Below, piece after piece: positions 28,449-36,547 of a stretch of DNA of 64,000 nt. The notes under the pieces are model-generated. The model did no database searches. It saw nothing but the letters and a program-made list of their open reading frames with translations, and had not been told where the DNA came from. Made by a program: the position numbers and the translations under genes. Numbering within the stretch: the first letter of the stretch is position 1; every line of letters begins with the position of its first letter. This DNA is from a phage, in sequence record MZ956761.1. One strand, written 5' to 3'.

Positions 28449-29047
28449 AATATTCAGCAATGCAATTAAAAGATTTTAAAATCAAATCAATGGATGCATC
28501 TGTGCGTGCTTCTATTCGTGAAGAATTACTTTCTGAAGGATTTAATTTATCCGAAATTGAACTTTTAATTCATTGTATTACTAATAAGCCAGACGATCAT
28601 TCTTGGTTAAATGAAATAATCAAATCTCGTTTGGAACCAAACGATAAACCTCTTTGGAGAGGTGTTCCAGTTGAGACTAAACAGGTGTTAAATCAAGGAA
28701 TTGATATTATTACATTTGATAAAGTAGTATCAGCTTCATATGATAAAAATATAGCTCTACATTTTGCTTCTGGATTAGAATACAACACACAAGTTATTTT
28801 TGAATTCAAAGCTCCTATGGTATTTAATTTCCAGGAGTATGCTATAAAAGCTCTACGTTGTAAAGAATACAGCCCGAGTTTTAAATTTCCGGATAGCCAT
28901 CGCTATCGTAATATGGAATTAGTTTCAGATGAACAAGAAGTAATGATACCAGCTGGAAGTGTATTTAGAATTGCAGATAGATATGAGTATAAAAAGTATT
29001 CAACATACACTATCTATACTCTTGAATTTGAAGGATTTAATCTATAA
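28445..29047 (+). CDS. modA: ADP-ribosyltransferase ModA
   Basis: 200 aa; paralog of upstream ORF (shared PxWRGV/EVMIP motifs); T4 synteny. Confidence 0.7.
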   Translation: MKYSAMQLKDFKIKSMDASVRASIREELLSEGFNLSEIELLIHCITNKPDDHSWLNEIIKSRLEPNDKPLWRGVPVETKQVLNQGIDIITFDKVVSASYDKNIALHFASGLEYNTQVIFEFKAPMVFNFQEYAIKALRCKEYSPSFKFPDSHRYRNMELVSDEQEVMIPAGSVFRIADRYEYKKYSTYTIYTLEFEGFNL

Positions 29048-29100
29048 TGGAAGGACTTAGATTCATTATACCATGAAAGTTTTAAAGCATTTTTCATAAA

Positions 29101-29134
29101 GTTGTTTACAAGCTGAAGTAAAAATGTTATAGTA
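29101..29134 (+). promoter_or_regulatory. T4 early promoter
   Basis: GTTTACA -35, 17-nt spacer, TGtTATAGT. Confidence 0.7.
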
Positions 29135-29163
29135 TAAGTAGTTAACCCGTCCGTGAGAAAAAT

Positions 29164-29910
29164 ATGAAACTGACTAATAATCAAATTCGTAAAATTAAAC
29201 GTCGTCTAGAGCATACTCAGGCATCTGCTAAAAGACGTTCTAAAGATTTTAACTTAGACTTCAATTACATTAAGAACATTTTAGATCAGAAAGTTTGCGC
29301 TTACTCAGGAGAACCTTTTGATAATCGTATTGAAGGAGAGAAATTATCATTAGAACGTTTTGATAATAACGTTGGATACATTAAAGGGAATGTTATTGCA
29401 GTAAAGAAAAAGTATAATACATTTCGTTCTGATTATACTTTAGAAGAGTTGATTGAAAAGCGTGATTTATTTGCTTTGCGAATTGGTCGTTCATCTGCGA
29501 AAAAAGTTCATAAACTAAATTTAGATGAAAAGAAATGGGCTAAAATCAAAAAGATTTATAATCAAATTAAAGCTATACAGAAAAAACGTGAAAACCGAAT
29601 TGAACACATTTCTCAGCTTTCTAAATCAAAACAAACCTCTGATATTAAGCTAACGATTGTAGCACTCAAAGCTCGTATTGATGGTTCTCGCATAGCTGAA
29701 GGCGCTGAAGTTGTTAAATTGAACGTTCTTCTTAAAGGCTCGGATTGGAAAACTGTGAAAAAGTTGTCAGAAGCAGAAATGCAATATGATATGTGTGATA
29801 AAATTATTCAAGGTGTAGAGCGGTATCAAAACTTGTCTTTTATTGATAAACTTAAACTGAAAAGAGGATATCCGCTAAATTGTTCAATTTTTAAACTTAT
29901 CCGAGGATAA
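29164..29910 (+). CDS. hypothetical protein, positional equivalent of T4 Srd
   Basis: 248 aa, Lys-rich; lies between modA and dda as T4 srd. Confidence 0.5.
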   Translation: MKLTNNQIRKIKRRLEHTQASAKRRSKDFNLDFNYIKNILDQKVCAYSGEPFDNRIEGEKLSLERFDNNVGYIKGNVIAVKKKYNTFRSDYTLEELIEKRDLFALRIGRSSAKKVHKLNLDEKKWAKIKKIYNQIKAIQKKRENRIEHISQLSKSKQTSDIKLTIVALKARIDGSRIAEGAEVVKLNVLLKGSDWKTVKKLSEAEMQYDMCDKIIQGVERYQNLSFIDKLKLKRGYPLNCSIFKLIRG

Positions 29911-29911
29911 T

Positions 29912-30223
29912 ATGGTTTATGTATATGCGATAGTTTACCGAGACAAAGACGGATTTACGGCGCCAGTTCCGCTTGATGAACATCGTCCTGCTGTATTTTT
30001 TGAATGGAAGATTGCTGATAAAGTATTTACCACTCTTAAAGAGCAGTATCAACTAGCTTTAGGTAAGGGAATTCCAAGATTAGTTGAGACTCCACGCAAG
30101 TTTTGGTTTAATAAAATAGAAGTTAAACATGTTAAGCCTGACGTAGACACGCAAAGATTATATCAGCGAATTTTAGATACTGGGCGTATTGTTAGTATAC
30201 CAATTGCAGGGAATTTACGATGA
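29912..30223 (+). CDS. hypothetical protein (dda.1 position)
   Basis: 103 aa ORF, ATGA overlap with dda. Confidence 0.5.
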   Translation: MVYVYAIVYRDKDGFTAPVPLDEHRPAVFFEWKIADKVFTTLKEQYQLALGKGIPRLVETPRKFWFNKIEVKHVKPDVDTQRLYQRILDTGRIVSIPIAGNLR

Positions 30224-31539
30224 CATTTGATGATTTGACCGAAGGCCAGAAAAATGCCTTTAACATTGTTATGAAGGCTATTAAAGAAAAGAAACACCAT
30301 GTAACTATTAATGGACCTGCCGGTACCGGTAAGACTACTCTTACTAAGTTCATCATTGAAGCCTTAATATCTACGGGCGAAACTGGCATTATTTTAGCAG
30401 CTCCTACTCATGCAGCTAAAAAGATTCTTTCAAAACTGTCAGGGAAAGAAGCGAGTACTATTCACAGTATTCTCAAAATTAACCCGGTAACATATGAAGA
30501 AAACGTTCTTTTTGAACAAAAAGAAGTACCGGATTTAGCTAAATGCAGAGTATTAATCTGCGACGAAGTGTCAATGTATGATAGAAAGCTATTCAAAATT
30601 CTGCTTTCAACTATCCCGCCGTGGTGTACTATAATTGGAATAGGCGATAATAAGCAAATTAGACCTGTTGACCCAGGAGAAAACACCGCTTATATCAGTC
30701 CGTTCTTTACACATAAAGATTTTTATCAGTGTGAACTCACTGAAGTTAAACGCAGTAATGCTCCTATTATTGATGTAGCTACTGATGTTCGCAACGGTAA
30801 GTGGATTTATGATAAAGTTGTTGACGGGCATGGAGTACGTGGATTTACTGGTGATACCGCTTTACGCGATTTTATGGTAAATTATTTTTCAATTGTAAAA
30901 TCACTAGATGATTTGTTTGAAAATCGCGTAATGGCATTTACGAATAAATCTGTCGACAAGTTAAATAGCATTATTCGCAAAAAGATTTTTGAAACTGATA
31001 AAGATTTTATCGTTGGCGAAATTATTGTAATGCAGGAACCATTAATTAAAACATATAAAATTGACGGAAAGCCTGTGTCAGAAATTATTTTTAATAACGG
31101 ACAATTAGTTCGTATTATAGAAGCAGAGTATACATCAACATTTGTTAAAGCTCGCGGTGTTTCTGGAGAATATCTAATTCGTCATTGGGATTTAACAGTA
31201 GAAACTTACGGCGATGATGAATATTATCGTGAAAAGATTAAAATAATTTCATCTGATGAAGAGCTGTATAAGTTTAACTTATTTTTAGGTAAAACAGCAG
31301 AAACTTATAAAAATTGGAATAAAGGTGGAAAAGCTCCGTGGAGTGATTTTTGGGATGCTAAATCACAGTTTAGTAAAGTGAAAGCACTTCCTGCATCAAC
31401 ATTCCACAAAGCTCAGGGCATGTCTGTAGACCGTGCTTTCATCTATACGCCTTGTATTCATTATGCAGACGCTGAATTGGCTCAGCAGCTTCTTTATGTT
31501 GGTGTCACTCGTGGTCGTTATGATGTGTTTTATGTGTGA
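30220..31539 (+). CDS. dda: Dda DNA helicase (SF1)
   Basis: 439 aa; Walker A GPAGTGKTT; T4 synteny. Confidence 0.92.
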   Translation: MTFDDLTEGQKNAFNIVMKAIKEKKHHVTINGPAGTGKTTLTKFIIEALISTGETGIILAAPTHAAKKILSKLSGKEASTIHSILKINPVTYEENVLFEQKEVPDLAKCRVLICDEVSMYDRKLFKILLSTIPPWCTIIGIGDNKQIRPVDPGENTAYISPFFTHKDFYQCELTEVKRSNAPIIDVATDVRNGKWIYDKVVDGHGVRGFTGDTALRDFMVNYFSIVKSLDDLFENRVMAFTNKSVDKLNSIIRKKIFETDKDFIVGEIIVMQEPLIKTYKIDGKPVSEIIFNNGQLVRIIEAEYTSTFVKARGVSGEYLIRHWDLTVETYGDDEYYREKIKIISSDEELYKFNLFLGKTAETYKNWNKGGKAPWSDFWDAKSQFSKVKALPASTFHKAQGMSVDRAFIYTPCIHYADAELAQQLLYVGVTRGRYDVFYV

Positions 31540-31545
31540 GGATAT

Positions 31546-31806
31546 ATGATTAACATCAATTCAAAATATTTAAATCGTCTAATAGATGGTATAAAGAAGC
31601 ATACTAATAAGCAAGATAACCTCAGTGTTATGGTAACAGGAGCTGAGCTCCTTTATAAGCTTAATCTTATAAGTGATACTATACTAGCAATTAAACGAAT
31701 TGAAAAACAATCATATCACAGTAATACAGATACGGTAATTACATTAGATGAAAGTGTCTGTAAGCTGCTGATTAAATTTGAGGAAGCTATTCGTGGAAAT
31801 AACTAA
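31546..31806 (+). CDS. hypothetical protein
   Basis: 86 aa ORF. Confidence 0.45.
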   Translation: MININSKYLNRLIDGIKKHTNKQDNLSVMVTGAELLYKLNLISDTILAIKRIEKQSYHSNTDTVITLDESVCKLLIKFEEAIRGNN

Positions 31807-32038
31807 AGACCAGTTTTATCTGCTTCAAGATAAAGTGAGCGAAATTTATGAAATAGCTTATAGTAAAAATCGCAAAAACGTGAAAATTGAATCAGGCAAG
31901 TTAATGCTTCAATTGGAAGAAATTGAACGAGATTTGATTGCATTAGAATTCTTTTGCGGCGAAGTGAAAACTGTTACAATCAGTGATTATGTTTTAGGTG
32001 AAATTAGCCATCTTTATAAGGCGGTTATTAATGATTGA
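31793..32038 (+). CDS. hypothetical protein, member of a tandem paralog pair
   Basis: about 81 aa from GTG 31793; C-terminus VTISDYVLGEISHLYKAV resembles next ORF. Confidence 0.45.
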   Translation: MEITKDQFYLLQDKVSEIYEIAYSKNRKNVKIESGKLMLQLEEIERDLIALEFFCGEVKTVTISDYVLGEISHLYKAVIND

Positions 32039-32273
32039 ATTAAGTTTGCATCAGTTTAAATCTCTTATGACAAATGTTAAAGCTGTCATTCAAGAAAATC
32101 CAGGACCTGATAATGTTACTATTCGTGAAAAAGCTTTAAAGATAGTATACAGTCTTGAAGAGATGCAAAAAGATATTGAATCTATGGCAAAATTTATTGA
32201 TGAGCCCATTAATAAAGTTTATATCCAAGATTATACTGTAGGTCAAATTCGCGATTTAGCGAGGAAAGTTTAA
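32031..32273 (+). CDS. hypothetical protein, member of a tandem paralog pair
   Basis: 80 aa from ATG 32031; C-terminus VYIQDYTVGQIRDLARKV. Confidence 0.45.
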   Translation: MIELSLHQFKSLMTNVKAVIQENPGPDNVTIREKALKIVYSLEEMQKDIESMAKFIDEPINKVYIQDYTVGQIRDLARKV

Positions 32274-32956
32274 TGTTTGATTTTATTATAGATTTTGAAA
32301 CAATGGGAAGCGGTGAAAAGGCAGCTGTTATTGATTTGGCTGTTATTGCCTTTGACCCTAATCCAGAAGTAGTTGAAACATTTGATGAATTAGTTTCACG
32401 TGGCATTAAAATCAAGTTTGATTTAAAAAGCCAAAAAGGACATCGTCTTTTTACTAAAAGCACTATCGAATGGTGGAAAAATCAATCTCCTGAAGCTCGA
32501 AAAAATATTGCACCATCAGATGAAGATGTAAGCACTATCGATGGTATTGCAAAATTTAATGATTACATCAATGCGCATAATATCGATCCTTGGAAATCTC
32601 AAGGCTGGTGCCGTGGAATGTCGTTTGATTTTCCAATTTTAGTCGATCTCATTCGCGATATTCAACGTCTTAACGGCGTTTCCGAGAATGAGCTTGATAC
32701 ATTTAAGTTAGAACCTTGTAAATTTTGGAATCAGCGCGATATTCGTACCAGAATTGAAGCACTTCTGCTTGTTCGTGATATGACCACATGCCCTCTTCCA
32801 AAAGGAACCTTAGATGGATTTGTTGCGCATGATTCTATTCATGACTGTGCGAAAGACATCCTGATGATGAAGTATGCTTTGCGATATGCTATGGGTCTTG
32901 AAGATGCTCCGTCAGAGGAAGAATGCGATCCTCTATCTCTTCCAACAAAACGATAA
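32273..32956 (+). CDS. dexA: exonuclease A DexA
   Basis: 227 aa; DEDD-type 3'-5' exonuclease motifs; T4 synteny. Confidence 0.85.
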   Translation: MFDFIIDFETMGSGEKAAVIDLAVIAFDPNPEVVETFDELVSRGIKIKFDLKSQKGHRLFTKSTIEWWKNQSPEARKNIAPSDEDVSTIDGIAKFNDYINAHNIDPWKSQGWCRGMSFDFPILVDLIRDIQRLNGVSENELDTFKLEPCKFWNQRDIRTRIEALLLVRDMTTCPLPKGTLDGFVAHDSIHDCAKDILMMKYALRYAMGLEDAPSEEECDPLSLPTKR

Positions 32957-32959
32957 AAA

Positions 32960-32993
32960 GTTGTTTACTTCCTCGGTTAGTTGTGGTATTATA
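32960..32993 (+). promoter_or_regulatory. T4 early promoter
   Basis: GTTTACT -35, 17-nt spacer, TGgTATTAT. Confidence 0.7.
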
Positions 32994-33019
32994 ACACCAT
33001 AGCTACTGAGGATAATAAA

Positions 33020-33523
33020 ATGAAAATTTATCGTGTTGAATCATCGTTTAGTATTCTTAATTGTGAAGATGCTATAACAATACGTCGAAATCTTTGTGTT
33101 CAAATAACGCCATACAGGAGTATAATAGATTCATGGAGCGAAGAGTGGTTATTACACGTAGGTTATGATAGACCTAATTTTATGCATCATAGTAATGATA
33201 ACAAAAGAATTCCTCTTCCGCGCGAAGACAAATTATTAGTTAAAAATGCTAATATAGCAATTAATACTAACTTTGAGAAAGAAGAATATGTAGGCGTAGA
33301 TCATTATATTCCCGGATGGTTTATAGCTATTTATCATTTTGCTTTCGCTAGTGAATATGATATGATGAGATGGTTCACACGAGAAGAGCGTGAAGAATTA
33401 TCTTCTAAAGGATTTTATCTTGCTGTATACGAAGTGCCAGATGACCAAGTTATCATTGGCGGACACCAAGTAATGTTCCGCAAATCGCATGCTGAACTCG
33501 TAGATTTTATTGAAATGAGATAA
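33020..33523 (+). CDS. hypothetical protein
   Basis: 167 aa from ATG 33020 after GAGGATAA. Confidence 0.5.
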   Translation: MKIYRVESSFSILNCEDAITIRRNLCVQITPYRSIIDSWSEEWLLHVGYDRPNFMHHSNDNKRIPLPREDKLLVKNANIAINTNFEKEEYVGVDHYIPGWFIAIYHFAFASEYDMMRWFTREEREELSSKGFYLAVYEVPDDQVIIGGHQVMFRKSHAELVDFIEMR

Positions 33524-33525
33524 TT

Positions 33526-34065
33526 ATGAAATTTAATTATAATCCTGAGTACATACCAAATCCGGTAGCTAAACTGATTGATTTTGATGTTGTAAGCACT
33601 TATGTATGCCCTGTTAAACCACTGGAAATTAAGGAAACTACTATGACTACCGCTATTGAAATCGGCAAAACCTACAAACTGGTTGAAACTGAAATTAAAA
33701 CTACTGAACTAGATTTGGGTTATAAAGCATTGACCAGTGTTTTTGGTGAAGGCGAGTTTGTGGTTAAAAGTTTTTCAAAAAGTAATTGGTATGATAAGAA
33801 TAAAGCTTACGTGATTCGAGCACATCGCTTAGATAATGATGAAGTAATTAAAACTATGGCCTTTGAAGCAGAGCTTATCCTCTTCAAAGAAGTTGATCCT
33901 ACTGACCTTTTGACTCATGCAGTAGCTATTAAGACCCCATTTATTTCGGTCTGTGGTTGGGTAACAGACCAATGGATTGAAGATGGTGTTGAACTTCTGA
34001 ACGTTGTTCATGCAGGTGATTTTAGCGTAGTACCTCGTAGTGCAGTGGTAGCTATTTTGAATTAA
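33526..34065 (+). CDS. hypothetical protein, paralog of 34142-34639
   Basis: 179 aa; shares C-terminal domain (TDQWIEDGVELLN...) with downstream ORF. Confidence 0.55.
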   Translation: MKFNYNPEYIPNPVAKLIDFDVVSTYVCPVKPLEIKETTMTTAIEIGKTYKLVETEIKTTELDLGYKALTSVFGEGEFVVKSFSKSNWYDKNKAYVIRAHRLDNDEVIKTMAFEAELILFKEVDPTDLLTHAVAIKTPFISVCGWVTDQWIEDGVELLNVVHAGDFSVVPRSAVVAILN

Positions 34066-34098
34066 TAGTTTACAAACTCTTGGGACCAGAGTATAATG
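34065..34098 (+). promoter_or_regulatory. T4 early promoter with -10 inside a hairpin
   Basis: GTTTACA -35, TATAAT at 34092-34097 flanked by GGGACCA/TGGTCCC inverted repeat. Confidence 0.7.
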
Positions 34099-34141
34099 GT
34101 CCCGTGGAGTATAAAATCTTTTTAACAAGTGAGAGATAACT

Positions 34142-34639
34142 ATGATTATTAATATTGGTGAATTAGCTCGTGTATCTGATAAATCCCGCTCTAAAGCAGC
34201 AGGAAAATTGGTCGAAATTGTAAGCATTCAGCTTAAACACGGCGTTAAAGATGAAGATTCTGAAGTAAAAGTGCGTATCATTCCTAAAGATGGAAAGTCT
34301 AAACCTCAGTTTGGTTATGTTCGCGCGAAATTTCTTGAATCTGCATTTTTGAAAGCTGTTCCCGCTAAAGGAATTGAAACGATTGATACTTCGCATGTAG
34401 GTGTAGACTTTAAGTGGAAACTCGGTCAAGCTATCAAGTTCGTTGCTCCTTATGAATTCGAATTTACTGAAGATGAGGAAGGGGTTGTTCAAAAACACCG
34501 TACTCGCGCTATGTGTGCATACATTACTGATCAATGGGTAGAAGATGGCGTTAAGTTATACAACGCGGTATTTTTAGGAACATACAAAGTCATTCCTGAA
34601 AGTTGGATTAAACACTACAGCAAAGCTCGCTATGCATAA
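34142..34639 (+). CDS. hypothetical protein, paralog of 33526-34065 (possible MotB-family)
   Basis: 165 aa; position between dexA and cef/39. Confidence 0.5.
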   Translation: MIINIGELARVSDKSRSKAAGKLVEIVSIQLKHGVKDEDSEVKVRIIPKDGKSKPQFGYVRAKFLESAFLKAVPAKGIETIDTSHVGVDFKWKLGQAIKFVAPYEFEFTEDEEGVVQKHRTRAMCAYITDQWVEDGVKLYNAVFLGTYKVIPESWIKHYSKARYA

Positions 34640-34663
34640 AGTTTAAAATTTTTCATAAAACTA

Positions 34664-34708
34664 TATACATCAGTAGTTGATTATGGTACTATATCAATAT
34701 CAACTACT
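34664..34708 (+). promoter_or_regulatory. early-promoter-like element with stem-loop (diverged copy of the repeat family)
   Basis: TGGTACTAT -10 enclosed by 10-bp inverted repeat AGTAGTTGAT/ATCAACTACT; weak -35. Confidence 0.45.
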
Positions 34709-34735
34709 GATACAGAAAATAACTTGGAGAATAAA

Positions 34736-35005
34736 ATGGAAAACTTAATTATCATCGAGCAATCTTTCAATGATTATGGTATGGCTTATGGTTATCGTGC
34801 GATAATGGAAGATTCTCGTGGATGTGTTATCGATATTGCTGAATGTAAAGATTTACTGCAGCTTTTGAAGATTGTTCGTAAAAATTGGGATTGTGAAAAC
34901 ATTAAAGCTCGTGTTGTAACGGAAGAAGAAACTGTTTTTCATGATGTAAAATTCGCTAAAGGTGCTGCTACTCTTCTGAAACGTATCGCTCCACTGTTTA
35001 ATTAA
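34736..35005 (+). CDS. hypothetical protein
   Basis: 89 aa from ATG 34736 after GGAGAATAAA. Confidence 0.5.
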   Translation: MENLIIIEQSFNDYGMAYGYRAIMEDSRGCVIDIAECKDLLQLLKIVRKNWDCENIKARVVTEEETVFHDVKFAKGAATLLKRIAPLFN

Positions 35006-35018
35006 TGAGGAAATTGTA

Positions 35019-35234
35019 ATGAAACGTAAAATTGTTCAGAATTGCACTAATGACGAATTTGAAGATGTATTATTTGATCCAGATTTGGTAGTGGTTCAAA
35101 AGGAACATACCGTTAAGTTTACTCACTTGACTTCGGTTTATGTGTATGAAAAGATTGGTGATAAACAACCGATTTATGGTGTATTCCGTGAAATCACTGA
35201 AGACGGTACAACTTACTGGAAGGAAATTTATTAA
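35019..35234 (+). CDS. hypothetical protein (possible Cef by synteny and size)
   Basis: 71 aa, ATG after GAGGAAATTG. Confidence 0.45.
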   Translation: MKRKIVQNCTNDEFEDVLFDPDLVVVQKEHTVKFTHLTSVYVYEKIGDKQPIYGVFREITEDGTTYWKEIY

Positions 35235-35659
35235 TGGCTATTAAATTTGAAGTTAATAAATGGTATCAATTTAAAAATAAACAAGCTCAAGAAAATTTTA
35301 TTAAAGACCATACTGATAACGGAATCTATGCACGTCGTTTAGGTATGCATCCTTTTAAAATTTTAGATGTTGACCATCTTGGTCGTCCTACTAAAATTGT
35401 GACATCTGCTGGCACAGTTGGATATGCAACACATGGTGATATCCTTGACGAAAACTTTATCTGGCTTTCTACTAACGAAGCTGGGTTCTTTGATGAAGTG
35501 GAAAATCCATATCAGGCAGCTGAAGAGCAAGAGCAGGAAGAGAAAGAGCAAGAACAAATAGAAGATTTCACAGAATTCCCGGTCATGAAAGTTACTATTG
35601 AAAATAATGAACAGGCATGGTCCTTGTATCAGATGTTGAAAGCTCACTTTAAGGAATAA
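35234..35659 (+). CDS. hypothetical protein (possible GoF/ComC-alpha by synteny and size)
   Basis: 141 aa; acidic Glu/Gln-rich segment. Confidence 0.45.
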   Translation: MAIKFEVNKWYQFKNKQAQENFIKDHTDNGIYARRLGMHPFKILDVDHLGRPTKIVTSAGTVGYATHGDILDENFIWLSTNEAGFFDEVENPYQAAEEQEQEEKEQEQIEDFTEFPVMKVTIENNEQAWSLYQMLKAHFKE

Positions 35660-35661
35660 TT

Positions 35662-35838
35662 ATGCCAATGTATGATTATAAATGCCAATCCGAAGATTGC
35701 GGGCATGAATATGAAAAAATTAAAAAGATTTCTGAACGAGAAAATGATGTTTGCCCTAAATGTCATCGTCTGTCTACTCGTCGGCCTTCTGCTCCTAAGC
35801 ATGTGAATGGTGGATTTTACGACTTACTTAAAGGGTAA
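35662..35838 (+). CDS. small zinc-ribbon protein (CxxC...CxxC)
   Basis: 58 aa; CQSEDC...CPKC; ATG after AAGGAATAAT. Confidence 0.45.
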   Translation: MPMYDYKCQSEDCGHEYEKIKKISERENDVCPKCHRLSTRRPSAPKHVNGGFYDLLKG

Positions 35839-35840
35839 TT

Positions 35841-36212
35841 ATGTTTAAAATCGGTAAAAAATATCGCATTCGTGAAGGTGAAGAACAGAAATATCTACTT
35901 TCTGCTAGTAATAGGAATAGTTCTATTAATGCTGTAATATTGACTAGTGAATTTATCGTTGAAGATATGAAAGGTCATAATGTTACAATGATTAGTACAG
36001 CATCTGGAAATGATGGAAAAATTCTTCATAGTTGTCAGAGTAATGTTCTAATTTATGATGAAGAATTTGACTTCTTCAAAGAAGTTTCCGAAGATTTTGA
36101 TTTTGAATGTACTATTACTATGAAATCTGGTGACCCTCTTTCTTTTACAGTTAAAGATGAAAGAAGTCGCTTGAGAATTATTAGTCTTCTTCAAGCCATT
36201 AAATTTAAGTGA
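35841..36212 (+). CDS. hypothetical protein
   Basis: 123 aa ORF directly following. Confidence 0.5.
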   Translation: MFKIGKKYRIREGEEQKYLLSASNRNSSINAVILTSEFIVEDMKGHNVTMISTASGNDGKILHSCQSNVLIYDEEFDFFKEVSEDFDFECTITMKSGDPLSFTVKDERSRLRIISLLQAIKFK

Positions 36213-36478
36213 AAATTATGAAATATATTAATCGTTCTATCGCAGCATTAGTATTAGCAGTGTCTTTAGCAGGATGTACTGATGCTGATAATGCAACCAA
36301 AGTTTTGTCTTCAAGTGGTTTTACTAATATTGAAATCACTGGATACAATTGGTTTGGTTGCTCTGAAAATGATTTCCAACACACTGGATTTCGTGCTATT
36401 GGACCTACCGGGCAGAAAGTAGAAGGAACAGTATGTTCTGGTCTATTCTTCAAGGATTCGACTATCCGTTTTAAATAA
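36209..36478 (+). CDS. hypothetical lipoprotein
   Basis: 89 aa; signal peptide with lipobox LAGC. Confidence 0.55.
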   Translation: MKIMKYINRSIAALVLAVSLAGCTDADNATKVLSSSGFTNIEITGYNWFGCSENDFQHTGFRAIGPTGQKVEGTVCSGLFFKDSTIRFK

Positions 36479-36501
36479 AAGGCCTTCGGGCCTTTAGCTT
36501 T
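36479..36501 (+). terminator. rho-independent terminator candidate
   Basis: AAGGCC-TTCG-GGCCTT hairpin then T-rich. Confidence 0.6.
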
Positions 36502-36547
36502 ATGATTATTGGAGTATAATATTCCCGAAACCAAACGAGGATAAGTG

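Noticed and set aside
33829-34534. Minus-strand ORFs 33829-34227 and 34163-34534 spanning the paralog pair
   Set aside because: The plus-strand genes have SDs, a promoter and paralog support; the minus frames have none.
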